Assembly: GCA_040751795.1 (NCBI GenBank)
Contig: JBFMHR010000001.1
Location: 96,001-160,000 of the forward strand
Direction of reading: 5' to 3'
Length of the DNA: 64,000 bases
DNA from: Thermoplasmatota archaeon
GTDB lineage: Archaea; Thermoplasmatota; Thermoplasmata; UBA10834
Below the pieces are notes generated by a model, which was not told where the DNA came from, did not search any database, and was given only the letters and a program-made list of their open reading frames with translations. A program made the position numbers and the translations under genes. This document shows positions 28,079-37,463 of the stretch, in pieces (within the stretch, counting starts at the first letter, position 1; every line of letters starts with the position of its first letter).

Positions 28079-28507
28079 ATGGTGCTTGTGACGGTCGTCG
28101 GAGAGCTTCAGTGCAGGAAGGGCTTCGAGTTCGCCTTCTCGGGGCCCCTGGCTGAGTGCAGGGACTGCAAGGTCAGGAACGTCTGCTTCCACCTCGAGGA
28201 GAACAAGTGGTACAGGGTCACCGAGGTCAGGGAGGTCCACCACGAGTGCAAGGTGCACGAGGGGGGCGTGAGGGTCGTCGAGGTCGAGCGGGTGCCGACC
28301 AGGGCGGCCATACCCGCCAGGACCGCGCTGGAGGGGTCCATGATCACGTGGGAGGGGAGCGACTGCGACGCCGTCGGCTGCCCCAACTACAGGCTCTGCT
28401 GCCCGGCCGGCGCCTCCGACGGGATGAGGTACAAGGTCCTCTCCGTCGAGCCCTCCGAGGTGGTCTGCCCCAGGGCGAGGAGCCTCAGGGTCGTCTCGCT
28501 CGAATGA
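28079..28507 (+). CDS. UPF0179 family protein
   Basis: VTVVGE, ECRDCKVRNVC, HECKVHEGGV. Typical neighbour of egsA. Confidence 0.8.
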   Translation: MVLVTVVGELQCRKGFEFAFSGPLAECRDCKVRNVCFHLEENKWYRVTEVREVHHECKVHEGGVRVVEVERVPTRAAIPARTALEGSMITWEGSDCDAVGCPNYRLCCPAGASDGMRYKVLSVEPSEVVCPRARSLRVVSLE

Positions 28508-30215
28508 GCAGGAAGACCGCCAGTACCGCTGCCACCGGTATCAGCAGGGCGGGGAACTCGGGTATCGCCGTCCCCTGGACCCACACCGTCACCGTGTCGG
28601 TGTCGGAGCTCCCCTGGGCGTCCGTGACCGTGAGCGTCACCGGGTAGACGCCCTCGGTCCAGAAGGTGAACGCGGGCGACACTCCGTAGACCGAGACGTC
28701 CGAGCCGTTGTAGACGAAGGTCCATGTGTAGTTCGTTATCCCGCCGTCGTCCGTCGAGTCGGACGCGTCGAACGCCACCTCGGCGCCCGGGGCGCTGCTG
28801 ATGTCGTCCCCGGCGTCGGCCACCGGCGCCGCGTTCAGGGACTCCGTGACCGTGAAGGAATGCACCTCGTACGGCGCGTATCTCGGGCTCATGAGCTCGA
28901 CCCCCCCGAGGTCGTGCGCGACGATGTAGTACTCCACCGTCGAGCCGGCGGCCTGCGAGGGTATCGTGCCCGAGTAGGAGTCGTTGGAGGCCCCCTGGGC
29001 CATGGGCGACTCGGCCCATGCGCCGCCGTCCACCCTGTAGAGCACGCCGAGGTCCGAGGCGTCGACGCCCCTGCCCGCGGTGATCTCCGCCTCCACCTCG
29101 TGGCCCAGGGCGGAGAACTCCGAGTCGCCGAGGGGCGTGTGGGATATGGCAAAAGGCGCCTGGTAGCGGTCACCGCACAGCTCTATCCCGAGGAGGGTGG
29201 GGGCGTAGTTCTCGTACACTATCTCGAGGACGTCCTCCTCCCACTCCGGGTGGAACTCGGTCGCGCCCATCTCGAACAGGAACGCGAAGATGCCCAGGCT
29301 GCCGTAGAGCCAGTCCAGGGAGTCGCCCGTGGTCGCGTACATGTCCACCGACTGCGCCGCGGTGTAGCCGTTCAGGGCGGCCAGCTGCTGCCCTATGTCG
29401 ACGAAGTGATCGTCGTCGGCCGTGAGGTTGGCCGTGTACCCCCAGGGCCACATGACCGAGTCATCATAGGTGTGGAAGTCGAACGCGATCTGGAAGTCGT
29501 GGGCCCGCGCGAGGTCGCGCACCGCCTGCGTCTCCGGCTCGGAGAACGGCTCCTCGCCGCAGTAGACATCGGACGATGTGAGGTCGGAGGTGCCCGCCCC
29601 GCCCCAGGCCCCCAGCGGGTCCCCGTTCTCGGAGCCGTTGTAGTTCCTGTTGAGGTCTACCCCGAACGTGCCGTCGAGGTTGTCCCTCCTGTTCTTCCTC
29701 CACATGTCGTCCACCGTGAGGGCGTAGTCCAGCCCGTCCGGGTTGACCACCGGGACGATCCATATCTCCCGGTTGTCTATGAGCCAGCTGACCCTGGCGT
29801 CGAGGCCGTAGCCCTCCGTGAGGTTCTCGATGACGTTGAGGGCGGTCTCGTGCGTCGGCCACTCCCGCGCGTGGTGCAGGGCCACCAGGAGGAACTCGGG
29901 CTCGTCCTCATCGACGCCCGCGTTGTCGGAGATCTTGATGGCGAGTATGTCCCGGTCCGCCACGGCGGCGGTCTTCTCCCAGCTGTCGCCGATGTCGTAG
30001 AGCGCGGCGATGTCCGGGTGGTCGGCCACGGTCTGCTCGAGTATCTGCTTGACCTCGGTGTAGTTCCTGTACCCGTAGTTCACGGGGGGCCCCGCCGTCG
30101 GGGCGGATGCCGCAGGTGCAGCATCGTCCCCTCCCGATGCAGGAGCAGCCAATACCGCTGATACCATCAGAGCGGCCACAAGCACGATCGATGCCGGAAG
30201 TATCCCAGAACTCAT
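28485..30215 (-). CDS. Secreted M14 zinc carboxypeptidase with PKD domain and PEF-CTERM
   Basis: Signal peptide, HHARE, NPDG, RKN, GVDLNRN, FHTY, PKD (PVADAG...YTWTF), IPEF-TM-RARRP. Confidence 0.9.
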   Translation of the reverse strand: MSSGILPASIVLVAALMVSAVLAAPASGGDDAAPAASAPTAGPPVNYGYRNYTEVKQILEQTVADHPDIAALYDIGDSWEKTAAVADRDILAIKISDNAGVDEDEPEFLLVALHHAREWPTHETALNVIENLTEGYGLDARVSWLIDNREIWIVPVVNPDGLDYALTVDDMWRKNRRDNLDGTFGVDLNRNYNGSENGDPLGAWGGAGTSDLTSSDVYCGEEPFSEPETQAVRDLARAHDFQIAFDFHTYDDSVMWPWGYTANLTADDDHFVDIGQQLAALNGYTAAQSVDMYATTGDSLDWLYGSLGIFAFLFEMGATEFHPEWEEDVLEIVYENYAPTLLGIELCGDRYQAPFAISHTPLGDSEFSALGHEVEAEITAGRGVDASDLGVLYRVDGGAWAESPMAQGASNDSYSGTIPSQAAGSTVEYYIVAHDLGGVELMSPRYAPYEVHSFTVTESLNAAPVADAGDDISSAPGAEVAFDASDSTDDGGITNYTWTFVYNGSDVSVYGVSPAFTFWTEGVYPVTLTVTDAQGSSDTDTVTVWVQGTAIPEFPALLIPVAAVLAVFLLIRARRP

Positions 30216-30321
30216 GTCCCCCCACCGTCGAATCTAATCTAGCAGAGTCAGTATGACCTTATTGCGCCGTGAACGGCCTTATGCAGCGACGGGTATAAGC
30301 AGGTTCTGCAACGCCCCGCGC

Positions 30322-30567
30322 TCAGCCGCCAGTCACCGGGGGCAGGAAGGACACCTCATCCCCCTCCTTCAGGACCCTCGACGGGGCACCGTACTCGCGG
30401 TTCACGGAGAGGATGATGTGCTCCCGGTAGCGCTCGAGGGCGGGGAACCGGCGTATGTATTCGTCCAGCAGTCCGCTGACGGTGGTCCCGGGAGGGAGAT
30501 CCAGGTCCTCCTCCTTCATGCCTACCACCTCTCTGAACGCCGCGAAGAGCTTGACCTTCACGTTCAC
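30322..30567 (-). CDS. moaD: MoaD/SAMP ubiquitin-like sulfur carrier
   Basis: KLFAAFRE...VN...GDEVSFLPPVTGG with C-terminal GG. Confidence 0.9.
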   Translation of the reverse strand: MNVKVKLFAAFREVVGMKEEDLDLPPGTTVSGLLDEYIRRFPALERYREHIILSVNREYGAPSRVLKEGDEVSFLPPVTGG

Positions 30568-30751
30568 CGCATCACCTGTCCGTCGCGCCGAGTGGTTAAT
30601 GGCAGACCCTTATACATACTGTGCGCCGTAGCGATCTCATGAGGAGGGAGGGCAGTGGAACTGCGGGTGGGCGGGACCGCACAGACCGGTGTCTGTCGAA
30701 CTCCATCGGAAATCCATCCTGTGAAGGAGGGATTGCGCATCTGGAACAGAG

Positions 30752-30829
30752 TATTGATAACAATATTGGTAACAATACGGATAACAAATCGCCCCGGCGG
30801 CCCGTGAGGATGTCGGAGTCTGTTACCAA
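30752..30829. repeat. Three tandem 12-bp repeats plus one inverted copy upstream of the nrdJ promoter
   Basis: TATTGATAACAA / TATTGGTAACAA / TACGGATAACAA (30752-30787) and TGTTACCAA (30821-30829). Confidence 0.7.
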
Positions 30830-30839
30830 GTCTTGTCGG

Positions 30840-30856
30840 AAAACTTCTTTAAATCA
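30840..30856 (+). promoter_or_regulatory. Putative BRE/TATA promoter of nrdJ
   Basis: AAAACTTCTTTAAATCA in a GC-rich background, about 175 bp upstream of the ATG. Confidence 0.45.
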
Positions 30857-31025
30857 TCCCCGCTCATTCGCCTCTCTGCACGCAGCCGCAAAGCTTTTCA
30901 CCTCTGTTTACAGACTGAAGTGGGGGAGGAGGACTCAGCCCACCTTCGCGAGCGGAGGGGGAAGCCATCAACCCGTGCGCCCACCGCACCTGTAGGGAGA
31001 GTACAGGTACGCCAGAGGGGGAGAA

Positions 31026-34000
31026 ATGTCAAGCACGCCTAACTACAAGCAAGGGGACTCTGTCGCACCTGGGGACAGGCAGTTCAGGACAGACTCCGGA
31101 TGGGATCTGGAGCCCCAGATCAGCTCCAACGCCAGGACGGTGCTCGAGCGGAGGTACCTGAAGAAGGACGACGACGGCAAGCCGGTCGAGACTCCGCGGC
31201 AGCTGTTCGAGCGGGTGGCCAGGGCGATAGCCTCAGCGGAGGCGAACTACGGCGCCGGGGAAGCCGAGGTCGAGAAGGTCGCCGAGAAGTTCTATGAGAT
31301 GATGGCCCGGCTCGACTTCATGCCCAACAGCCCGACGCTGATGAACGCCGGGAGGGAGCTGGGCCAGCTCTCCGCGTGCTTCGTCCTGCCCATAGGGGAC
31401 TCGATGGAGCAGATCTTCGACGCCGTCAAGTACACCGCCCTCATCCACAAGTGCCTCGTCCCAGAGACCATGGTCATGACCGACGTGGGCTGCATGAGGC
31501 TCGGGGCCGTGACGCCCGGCGCATGGATCGAGACCCACGAGGGGATGGAGGCCGTCGCCGAGAGGCATGAGAACGGGACCCAGGAGGTCTTCACACTCGA
31601 GACCGAGGAGGGCTACTCCATCACCGGGACAGCCCTGCACAGGCTCCTCGCTAGGACCGCCTCCGGCGACCTCGAGTGGAGGAGGATAGGCCAGCTGAGG
31701 CCTGGGTCCGAAGTGGTGATGAAGCTCGGGGGGTGGCTCGGCGGGGCCGAGCCGGCCGTGCCCCACGAGGCGTCGGAGTTCGCAGGCGGCGTCGACGACA
31801 GGGTCCTCAGGGCCGACGAGCCCGGGCTCTGCGAGTTCCTCAGGAGGGCCTTCGGCGACCACGGGTGGGTCTCGCCCGCCGGCATGGTCTCGGCGGAGCT
31901 GCCGTCCGAGCGGCTCGCGAAGGACGTACAGACGATGATGTTCTACGTCGGGATACCGACCACTAGGGAGGGGGCGCGCCTCGCAGTGAGCACCGCCTCC
32001 GGGTTCGAGTGCTTCAGGGAGAAGGTCGGGTTCGGGTCCAAGGTGCTGTCCGAGAGGCTCGGCGCCATCGAGGCGGGCAGCATGGTGGCCGGGGCCGAGG
32101 CCGCGGGGCTGTACCATGCGGAGCCGGACGACGAAGGCCACTTCACGGTGAGGGTCAGGGCGGTCGTGCCCGCGGGGAGGAGGGAGGTCCTGGACCTGAC
32201 GGTCCCCGACAGCCACGCCTACCTGGCGAACGGCTTCGTGTCCCACAACAGCGGCGGGGGCACGGGCTTCAGCTTCTCGAGGCTCAGGCCGGCCAACGAC
32301 TCCGTCAAGAGCACCGCGGGCGTGTCGAGCGGCCCCATCTCGTTCATGGAGGTCTTCAACGCGGCGACGGAGACCATCAAGCAGGGGGGCACGAGGCGCG
32401 GTGCCAACATGGGCATCCTGCGCGTCGACCACCCGGACATAATGTCGTTCATTACCGCCAAGAAGGACAGCACCAAGCTCACCAACTTCAACATCTCCGT
32501 CGCCCTGACGGACAGGTTCATGGAGGCCGTGGAGAAGGGGACGGACTACGACCTCGTCAACCCGAGGAACAGGCAGCCCGCGTCGAAGCTCGGCTCCCGC
32601 AAGGTCTTCGACATGATAGTCAACATGGCCTGGAGGAACGGCGAGCCCGGGATCGTGTTCATAGACCGCATCAACAGGGACAACCCCACCCCGAAGATAG
32701 GGGAGATAGAGAGCACCAACCCGTGCGGGGAGCAGCCCCTGCTGCCCTACGAGTCGTGCAACCTCGGGTCCATCAACCTGGCCCACATGCTCTCCTACGA
32801 CGCGGGAAGGTACGCCGTGGACTGGGACAGGCTGAGGGACGCCGTCCACTGGTCGGTCAGGTTCCTCGACAACGTCATTGACGTCAACAGGTACCCGCTG
32901 CCTCAGATCGCCGACATGACCCGCTCGAACAGGAAGGTGGGGCTCGGGGTGATGGGCTTCGCGGACATGCTCCTCACCATGGGCGTCCCGTACGACAGCG
33001 ACGAGGCGCTGGAGCTGGGGAGGAGGATCATGGCCTTCGTCGACGACGAGGGGCACAAGGCCTCCGTCGCCCTCGCGAAGACGAGGGGCAGCTTCCCCAA
33101 CTTCGCCGAGAGCACGCTGAAGGGCAGGTTCGCGGCCATCAGGAACGCGACGGTGACCACCATCGCCCCGACCGGTACCATCAGCATAATATCGGGGGCG
33201 TCGAGCGGGGTCGAGCCGATCTTCGCCGTCGCGTACGTGCGCAACGTGATGGACAAGGACATACTCCCCGAGGTGAACCCCATCTTCGAGGCGGTCTCGA
33301 AGGCCAAGGGCTTCCACACCGACGAGCTCATGAAGGAGATCGCGGCCAAGGGCACGGTCAAGGACATAAGGGGGGTCCCGGACGACGTGAAGAGGGTCTT
33401 CGTCACGGCCCTCGACATCTCCCCCGAGTGGCACATCAAGATGCAGGCCGCCTTCCAGGAGCACACGGACAACGCCGTGTCGAAGACGGTCAACTTCCCG
33501 AGCGAGGCGACCCCCAAGGACGTCGAGGACGTGTACATGATGGCCTACAAGCTGGGCTGCAAGGGCGTCACCGTGTACAGGTACGGCAGCAGGGAGGACC
33601 AGGTCCTCAGCGTCGGGGCGGACAAGGAGAAGAAGGCGGAGGAGGCCCAGCCCGAGGAGGACGGCCGCGTGCCGAGGAAGAGGCCCATGGTCACCCGCGG
33701 CTCGACCCAGAGGATGGAGACCGGGTGCGGGCACCTGTACGTCACGATCAACGTCGACGAGAGGGGGCTGTGCGAGGTCTTCACCCAGATGGGCAAGTCA
33801 GGCGGGTGCACGGCCTCCCAGTCGGAGGCGATAGGGAGGCTGATATCGCTGGCCCTCCGCTCGGGGATGGACCCGGAGTCGATCGCCAAGCAGCTCAGGG
33901 GCATCAGGTGCCCGTCCCCGCTGTGGCAACCGGGGGGCATGGTGCTCTCGTGCAGCGACGCGGTCGCCAAGGCGCTCGAGAGGTTCGTGAAGGACTTCGA

Positions 34001-34175
34001 GACCTCCAAGGTGGAGAGGGCGATCGAGGCGGGGGCGGCCGCACCGCCCGCGGAGAAGCAGAACCACGTGGACAAGGGGGACGTGTGCCCCGAGTGTCCG
34101 GAGTGCGGCAGCATGGTGGAGTACGTCGAGGGCTGCGTCGTGTGCAGGACCTGCGGCTACTCCAAGTGCTGGTAG
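31026..34175 (+). CDS. nrdJ: Adenosylcobalamin-dependent (class II) ribonucleotide reductase with intein, TSCPD domain and C-terminal Zn ribbon
   Basis: PNSPTLMNAG, LSACF, GGTRRGANM, TNPCGEQ, TIAPTGT, SKTVN, SCSD, CPECG...CRTCGYSKCW. Confidence 0.95.
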   Translation: MSSTPNYKQGDSVAPGDRQFRTDSGWDLEPQISSNARTVLERRYLKKDDDGKPVETPRQLFERVARAIASAEANYGAGEAEVEKVAEKFYEMMARLDFMPNSPTLMNAGRELGQLSACFVLPIGDSMEQIFDAVKYTALIHKCLVPETMVMTDVGCMRLGAVTPGAWIETHEGMEAVAERHENGTQEVFTLETEEGYSITGTALHRLLARTASGDLEWRRIGQLRPGSEVVMKLGGWLGGAEPAVPHEASEFAGGVDDRVLRADEPGLCEFLRRAFGDHGWVSPAGMVSAELPSERLAKDVQTMMFYVGIPTTREGARLAVSTASGFECFREKVGFGSKVLSERLGAIEAGSMVAGAEAAGLYHAEPDDEGHFTVRVRAVVPAGRREVLDLTVPDSHAYLANGFVSHNSGGGTGFSFSRLRPANDSVKSTAGVSSGPISFMEVFNAATETIKQGGTRRGANMGILRVDHPDIMSFITAKKDSTKLTNFNISVALTDRFMEAVEKGTDYDLVNPRNRQPASKLGSRKVFDMIVNMAWRNGEPGIVFIDRINRDNPTPKIGEIESTNPCGEQPLLPYESCNLGSINLAHMLSYDAGRYAVDWDRLRDAVHWSVRFLDNVIDVNRYPLPQIADMTRSNRKVGLGVMGFADMLLTMGVPYDSDEALELGRRIMAFVDDEGHKASVALAKTRGSFPNFAESTLKGRFAAIRNATVTTIAPTGTISIISGASSGVEPIFAVAYVRNVMDKDILPEVNPIFEAVSKAKGFHTDELMKEIAAKGTVKDIRGVPDDVKRVFVTALDISPEWHIKMQAAFQEHTDNAVSKTVNFPSEATPKDVEDVYMMAYKLGCKGVTVYRYGSREDQVLSVGADKEKKAEEAQPEEDGRVPRKRPMVTRGSTQRMETGCGHLYVTINVDERGLCEVFTQMGKSGGCTASQSEAIGRLISLALRSGMDPESIAKQLRGIRCPSPLWQPGGMVLSCSDAVAKALERFVKDFETSKVERAIEAGAAAPPAEKQNHVDKGDVCPECPECGSMVEYVEGCVVCRTCGYSKCW
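31452..32249 (+). mobile_element. Intein (266 aa) in nrdJ with a degenerate LAGLIDADG remnant
   Basis: HK|CLVPET...TGTALHR...VLDLTVPDSHAYLANGFVSHN|SGGGTG. Removing it restores HKSGGGTG. Confidence 0.93.
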
Positions 34176-34199
34176 GAAACAAGAAGAGGGAAACGCAAA

Positions 34200-34250
34200 C
34201 GCGCACACGGCCCCGGGGTGCGGGCCTGTGCGGTTCCATTTTCTTTCCAT
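34200..34250 (+). terminator. Hairpin plus T tract after nrdJ
   Basis: CGCACACGGCCC...GGGCCTGTGCG followed by TTTTCTTT. Confidence 0.55.
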
Positions 34251-34475
34251 GCCCGAGGTACTGTACACGTAGTGGCAGGTGAGTTCAACCCCCGCGGCGG
34301 TGGGGAGGGCATGAGTGGCCTGGGCCATCCGTGGGAGTACCCCTCATCGGACGCGGGGACGGCGATTGAGCATACCGCGGTCTGCCGGCTAAGGGGCAGG
34401 GCCCACGGTCCACCCATCGTGAAAAATGTTTACTCCCCCATGCCCATAACCCCGGGCGGAAAGGAGAGGGCGGAG

Positions 34476-35453
34476 ATGACTGAGGTTAGGGTCAAGCAGA
34501 TGGCGCGCGACGTCAGGCCCGGGGAAAGGGTCGACAGCTACTTCTCTGTGAGCTACAAGAAGCCCGTCACGGAGTACAGGAACGGGCACATGTTCGAGGT
34601 CAGGGTCGCGGACAGCAGCGGCCAGCTCACCGTCAAGTACTGGGGGGACAGGGACCGCGAGGCGGTCCAGAGGGTCTACTCCTCCTTCGACAAGGACGAC
34701 GTCGTGAGGGTCACCGGCACCAGCTCCGAGTACAGGGGGCAGGTCGAGGTCTCCGTGAGCAGGGAGGGCGGGGGCACCATCGCCAGGATGGAGGACGGCA
34801 CCTACGACACCTCGGCCCTCATCTCCACGGTCGAGGACATCCCCGGGAAGGCGGAGAGGCTGATGTCCCACGTCTCGAAGGTCGAGGAGCCGCACATGCG
34901 GGCCCTCCTCGAGTCGTTCTTCGCCGACGGGGCGTTCATGGAGGCGTTCTCCAAGGCGCCCGCCTCGATCCAGCTCCACGGGGCGGCCGTGGGCGGCCTG
35001 CTCCAGCACACCCTCAACGTGGCGGACAACGCCATGGAGGCGGTGAGGCAGCACCCGGAGCTGGACAGGGACCTCGTCCTCACGGGGGCCCTCCTCCACG
35101 ACATAGGGAAGGTGAGGACTTTCAGGGTCACGACCAACATCAACGCGACCGTCGAGGGGAACCTCCTCGGGCACATAGTCATAGGGGACGAGGAGCTCAT
35201 GGCCCACGTCTCCTCCATAGAGGGGTTCCCGGCGGACCTCGCCCTCAAGGTCAGGCACATACTCCTCGCCCACTTCGGGAAGAGGGAGTGGGGCTCCCCC
35301 GTGGAGCCCATGACCCCCGAGGCCCTCGCGGTTCACGAGGCGGACGACACCGACGCCAAGCTCGAGTACATGATCGCGAGGCGGAGGGACGCCGTCACGG
35401 AGGACGACTGGGTCTGGGACGGGAGGCTGGGGCGCCTCATATACCTCAGATGA
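34476..35453 (+). CDS. YhaM-like OB-fold/HD 3'-5' exoribonuclease
   Basis: OB fold (DSSG..TVKYW), PAS..LHG...GGLLQH, LLHDIGK, GHI, GSPV.P.TPEA. Confidence 0.88.
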   Translation: MTEVRVKQMARDVRPGERVDSYFSVSYKKPVTEYRNGHMFEVRVADSSGQLTVKYWGDRDREAVQRVYSSFDKDDVVRVTGTSSEYRGQVEVSVSREGGGTIARMEDGTYDTSALISTVEDIPGKAERLMSHVSKVEEPHMRALLESFFADGAFMEAFSKAPASIQLHGAAVGGLLQHTLNVADNAMEAVRQHPELDRDLVLTGALLHDIGKVRTFRVTTNINATVEGNLLGHIVIGDEELMAHVSSIEGFPADLALKVRHILLAHFGKREWGSPVEPMTPEALAVHEADDTDAKLEYMIARRRDAVTEDDWVWDGRLGRLIYLR

Positions 35454-35540
35454 CACCGTTATAAGTACATATCAGTACATCAATGCTCGAAAAGGATATA
35501 TACTGACGGCTCTTGTAGGCATCCTCAGAGGAGGGGTACA

Positions 35541-36842
35541 TTGAGACCCACAAGGACCACGTTGACTCCCGAAGAGATGCCCAAGAAATGGTACAACATA
35601 CTGCCCGACCTGCCGGAGCCTCTCGCTCCGCCGCTCGACCCGGGGACGAAGAAGCCGATCAGCCCGTCCGCCCTCGAGGCGATATTCCCCAAGGCCCTCA
35701 TCGCGCAGGAGATGTCCTCCGACAGGTACATCGACATACCCGAGGAGGTCCTCCAGTCGTACATGATGGTCACGAGGCCGAGCCCGCTCCAGAGGGCCAC
35801 GAGGCTCGAGGAGGCCCTCGGCACCCCCGCGCACATCTACTTCAAGCGCGAGGACCTGAGCCCGGCCGGCAGCCACAAGACGAACACCTCCCTCGCCCAG
35901 GCGTACTACAACATGAAGGAGGGCGTGACGCACCTGACCACGGAGACGGGCGCGGGGCAGTGGGGCACGGCCCTCTCCCTCTCGTGCAACTACTTCGGCC
36001 TCAAGTGCAAGGTCTTCATGGTCCGCGCCAGCTACGACCAGAAGCCCTACAGGAGGGAGATGATGAGGATCTACGGCGCCGAGGTCAACCCGTCGCCCAG
36101 CATGCTCACCGACTTCGGCAAGAAGCTCCTGGAGAAGGACCCGAAGCACCCGGGCTCCCTGGGGATAGCGATATCCGAGGCGCTCGAGACCTGCGTCAAG
36201 GCCGGGAACGCGAAGTACAGCCTCGGGAGCGTCCTGAACCACGTGATGCTGCACCAGACCATCATAGGCCAGGAGGCGATGCTCCAGTTCCAGAAGCTCG
36301 GCGAGACCCCGGACCACCTCATAGGGTGCGTCGGTGGGGGCTCCAACTTCGCGGGCTTCACCTTCCCGTTCATAGGGCAGAAGCTCAAGGGGAAGCTGGA
36401 CACCGAGTTCATCGCGGTCGAGCCGACCGTCGTCCCGAGCCTCACGCAGGGCAAGTACGAGTACGACTTCGGCGACACAGCGGGGATGACGCCCCTGCTC
36501 CTCATGTACACCCTCGGGCACGACTTCATCCCGTCCCCCATACACGCGGGGGGGCTGAGGTACCACGGGGCCGCGCCGACCGTGAGCGCGCTCGTGAAGT
36601 CGAAGGTCGTGAGACCGGTCTCCTACCAGCAGAAGGAGGTCTTCGAGGCGGCCCACATGTTCGCGAGGGCGGAGGGGATCATCCCCGCGCCCGAGACGAG
36701 CCACGCCATCAAGGCGGCCATCGACCTCGCCCTCGAGGCCAAGAGGAAGAACGAGGAGAGGGTCATCGGGTTCAACTTCTCCGGCCACGGCCTGCTGGAC
36801 CTCGGCGGGTACCAGCAGTACCTGGACGGGAAGATGGCCTGA
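35541..36842 (+). CDS. trpB2: Tryptophan synthase beta chain 2 (TrpB2)
   Basis: [38 protein letters not shown]. Confidence 0.93.
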   Translation: MRPTRTTLTPEEMPKKWYNILPDLPEPLAPPLDPGTKKPISPSALEAIFPKALIAQEMSSDRYIDIPEEVLQSYMMVTRPSPLQRATRLEEALGTPAHIYFKREDLSPAGSHKTNTSLAQAYYNMKEGVTHLTTETGAGQWGTALSLSCNYFGLKCKVFMVRASYDQKPYRREMMRIYGAEVNPSPSMLTDFGKKLLEKDPKHPGSLGIAISEALETCVKAGNAKYSLGSVLNHVMLHQTIIGQEAMLQFQKLGETPDHLIGCVGGGSNFAGFTFPFIGQKLKGKLDTEFIAVEPTVVPSLTQGKYEYDFGDTAGMTPLLLMYTLGHDFIPSPIHAGGLRYHGAAPTVSALVKSKVVRPVSYQQKEVFEAAHMFARAEGIIPAPETSHAIKAAIDLALEAKRKNEERVIGFNFSGHGLLDLGGYQQYLDGKMA

Positions 36843-36861
36843 GCCCGCAAACGCCCCGGAA

Positions 36862-36900
36862 CGGGCCGCCCGGGCGGGCGGCCCTTCAACCCTGTTTTAC
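36862..36900 (+). terminator. GC hairpin between convergent genes
   Basis: GGGCCGCCCG-GG-CGGGCGGCCC then CTGTTTT. Confidence 0.55.
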
Positions 36901-36925
36901 CGGATTCAAGCGCGCTTGAGGGCCC

Positions 36926-37411
36926 TCAGGCGAAGTAGCCCTCCTCGCGCTCCCTCATGCTCCTGTAGGCGTGCCTGAACTCGGGCCTCTGGATGAGGGT
37001 GCCGACCCTCTGGTCCAGCTCCGCCCTGAGGGCGTCCTGCCTCGATGGGTAGTACTCGCGCCTGAACACGTCGGCCGTGTCGGAGGAGTACTGCTGCATC
37101 CCGAACATGACCACGGCGGAGGCGTCCTTCGCCTTGGATATCACGCTCAGCGGCACGGGAGCCCCGCCGCGGACCAGCTCGAGCATGTCGCCCGACGGGC
37201 CTCCCACCTCGTTCGCCACGGCGACCATCCTCTGGGGCGCCAGCTCCTGCGACTTGATCTGGTAGACCCTCTGGTCCGTGAAGATGAAGGTGTCGTAGGA
37301 GGAGGAGACGTGGTCCCTGCCCGTGAGGGCGCGCCACTCATGCCTCCGCTCGCTCTCGTCGTACTTGGCCTTCAGGTAGCGCATGAACTCGTCGATGCCG
37401 TGGAACTCCAT
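36926..37411 (-). CDS. Hypothetical protein
   Basis: 161-aa ORF with host-like codon usage and no recognised motif. Confidence 0.65.
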   Translation of the reverse strand: MEFHGIDEFMRYLKAKYDESERRHEWRALTGRDHVSSSYDTFIFTDQRVYQIKSQELAPQRMVAVANEVGGPSGDMLELVRGGAPVPLSVISKAKDASAVVMFGMQQYSSDTADVFRREYYPSRQDALRAELDQRVGTLIQRPEFRHAYRSMREREEGYFA

Positions 37412-37463
37412 CTCAAGAACACGTTAAGGCCCGGGAGGGATTAACCTTTCGCCTGCAGCCAGC

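Noticed and set aside
30621-30995. 124-aa ORF upstream of nrdJ
   Set aside because: Atypical codon usage, and it spans promoter and repeat elements.
30900-31025. Canonical cobalamin riboswitch
   Set aside because: The conserved GCCACTG and B12-box elements are not recognisable. Kept only as an unknown structured leader.
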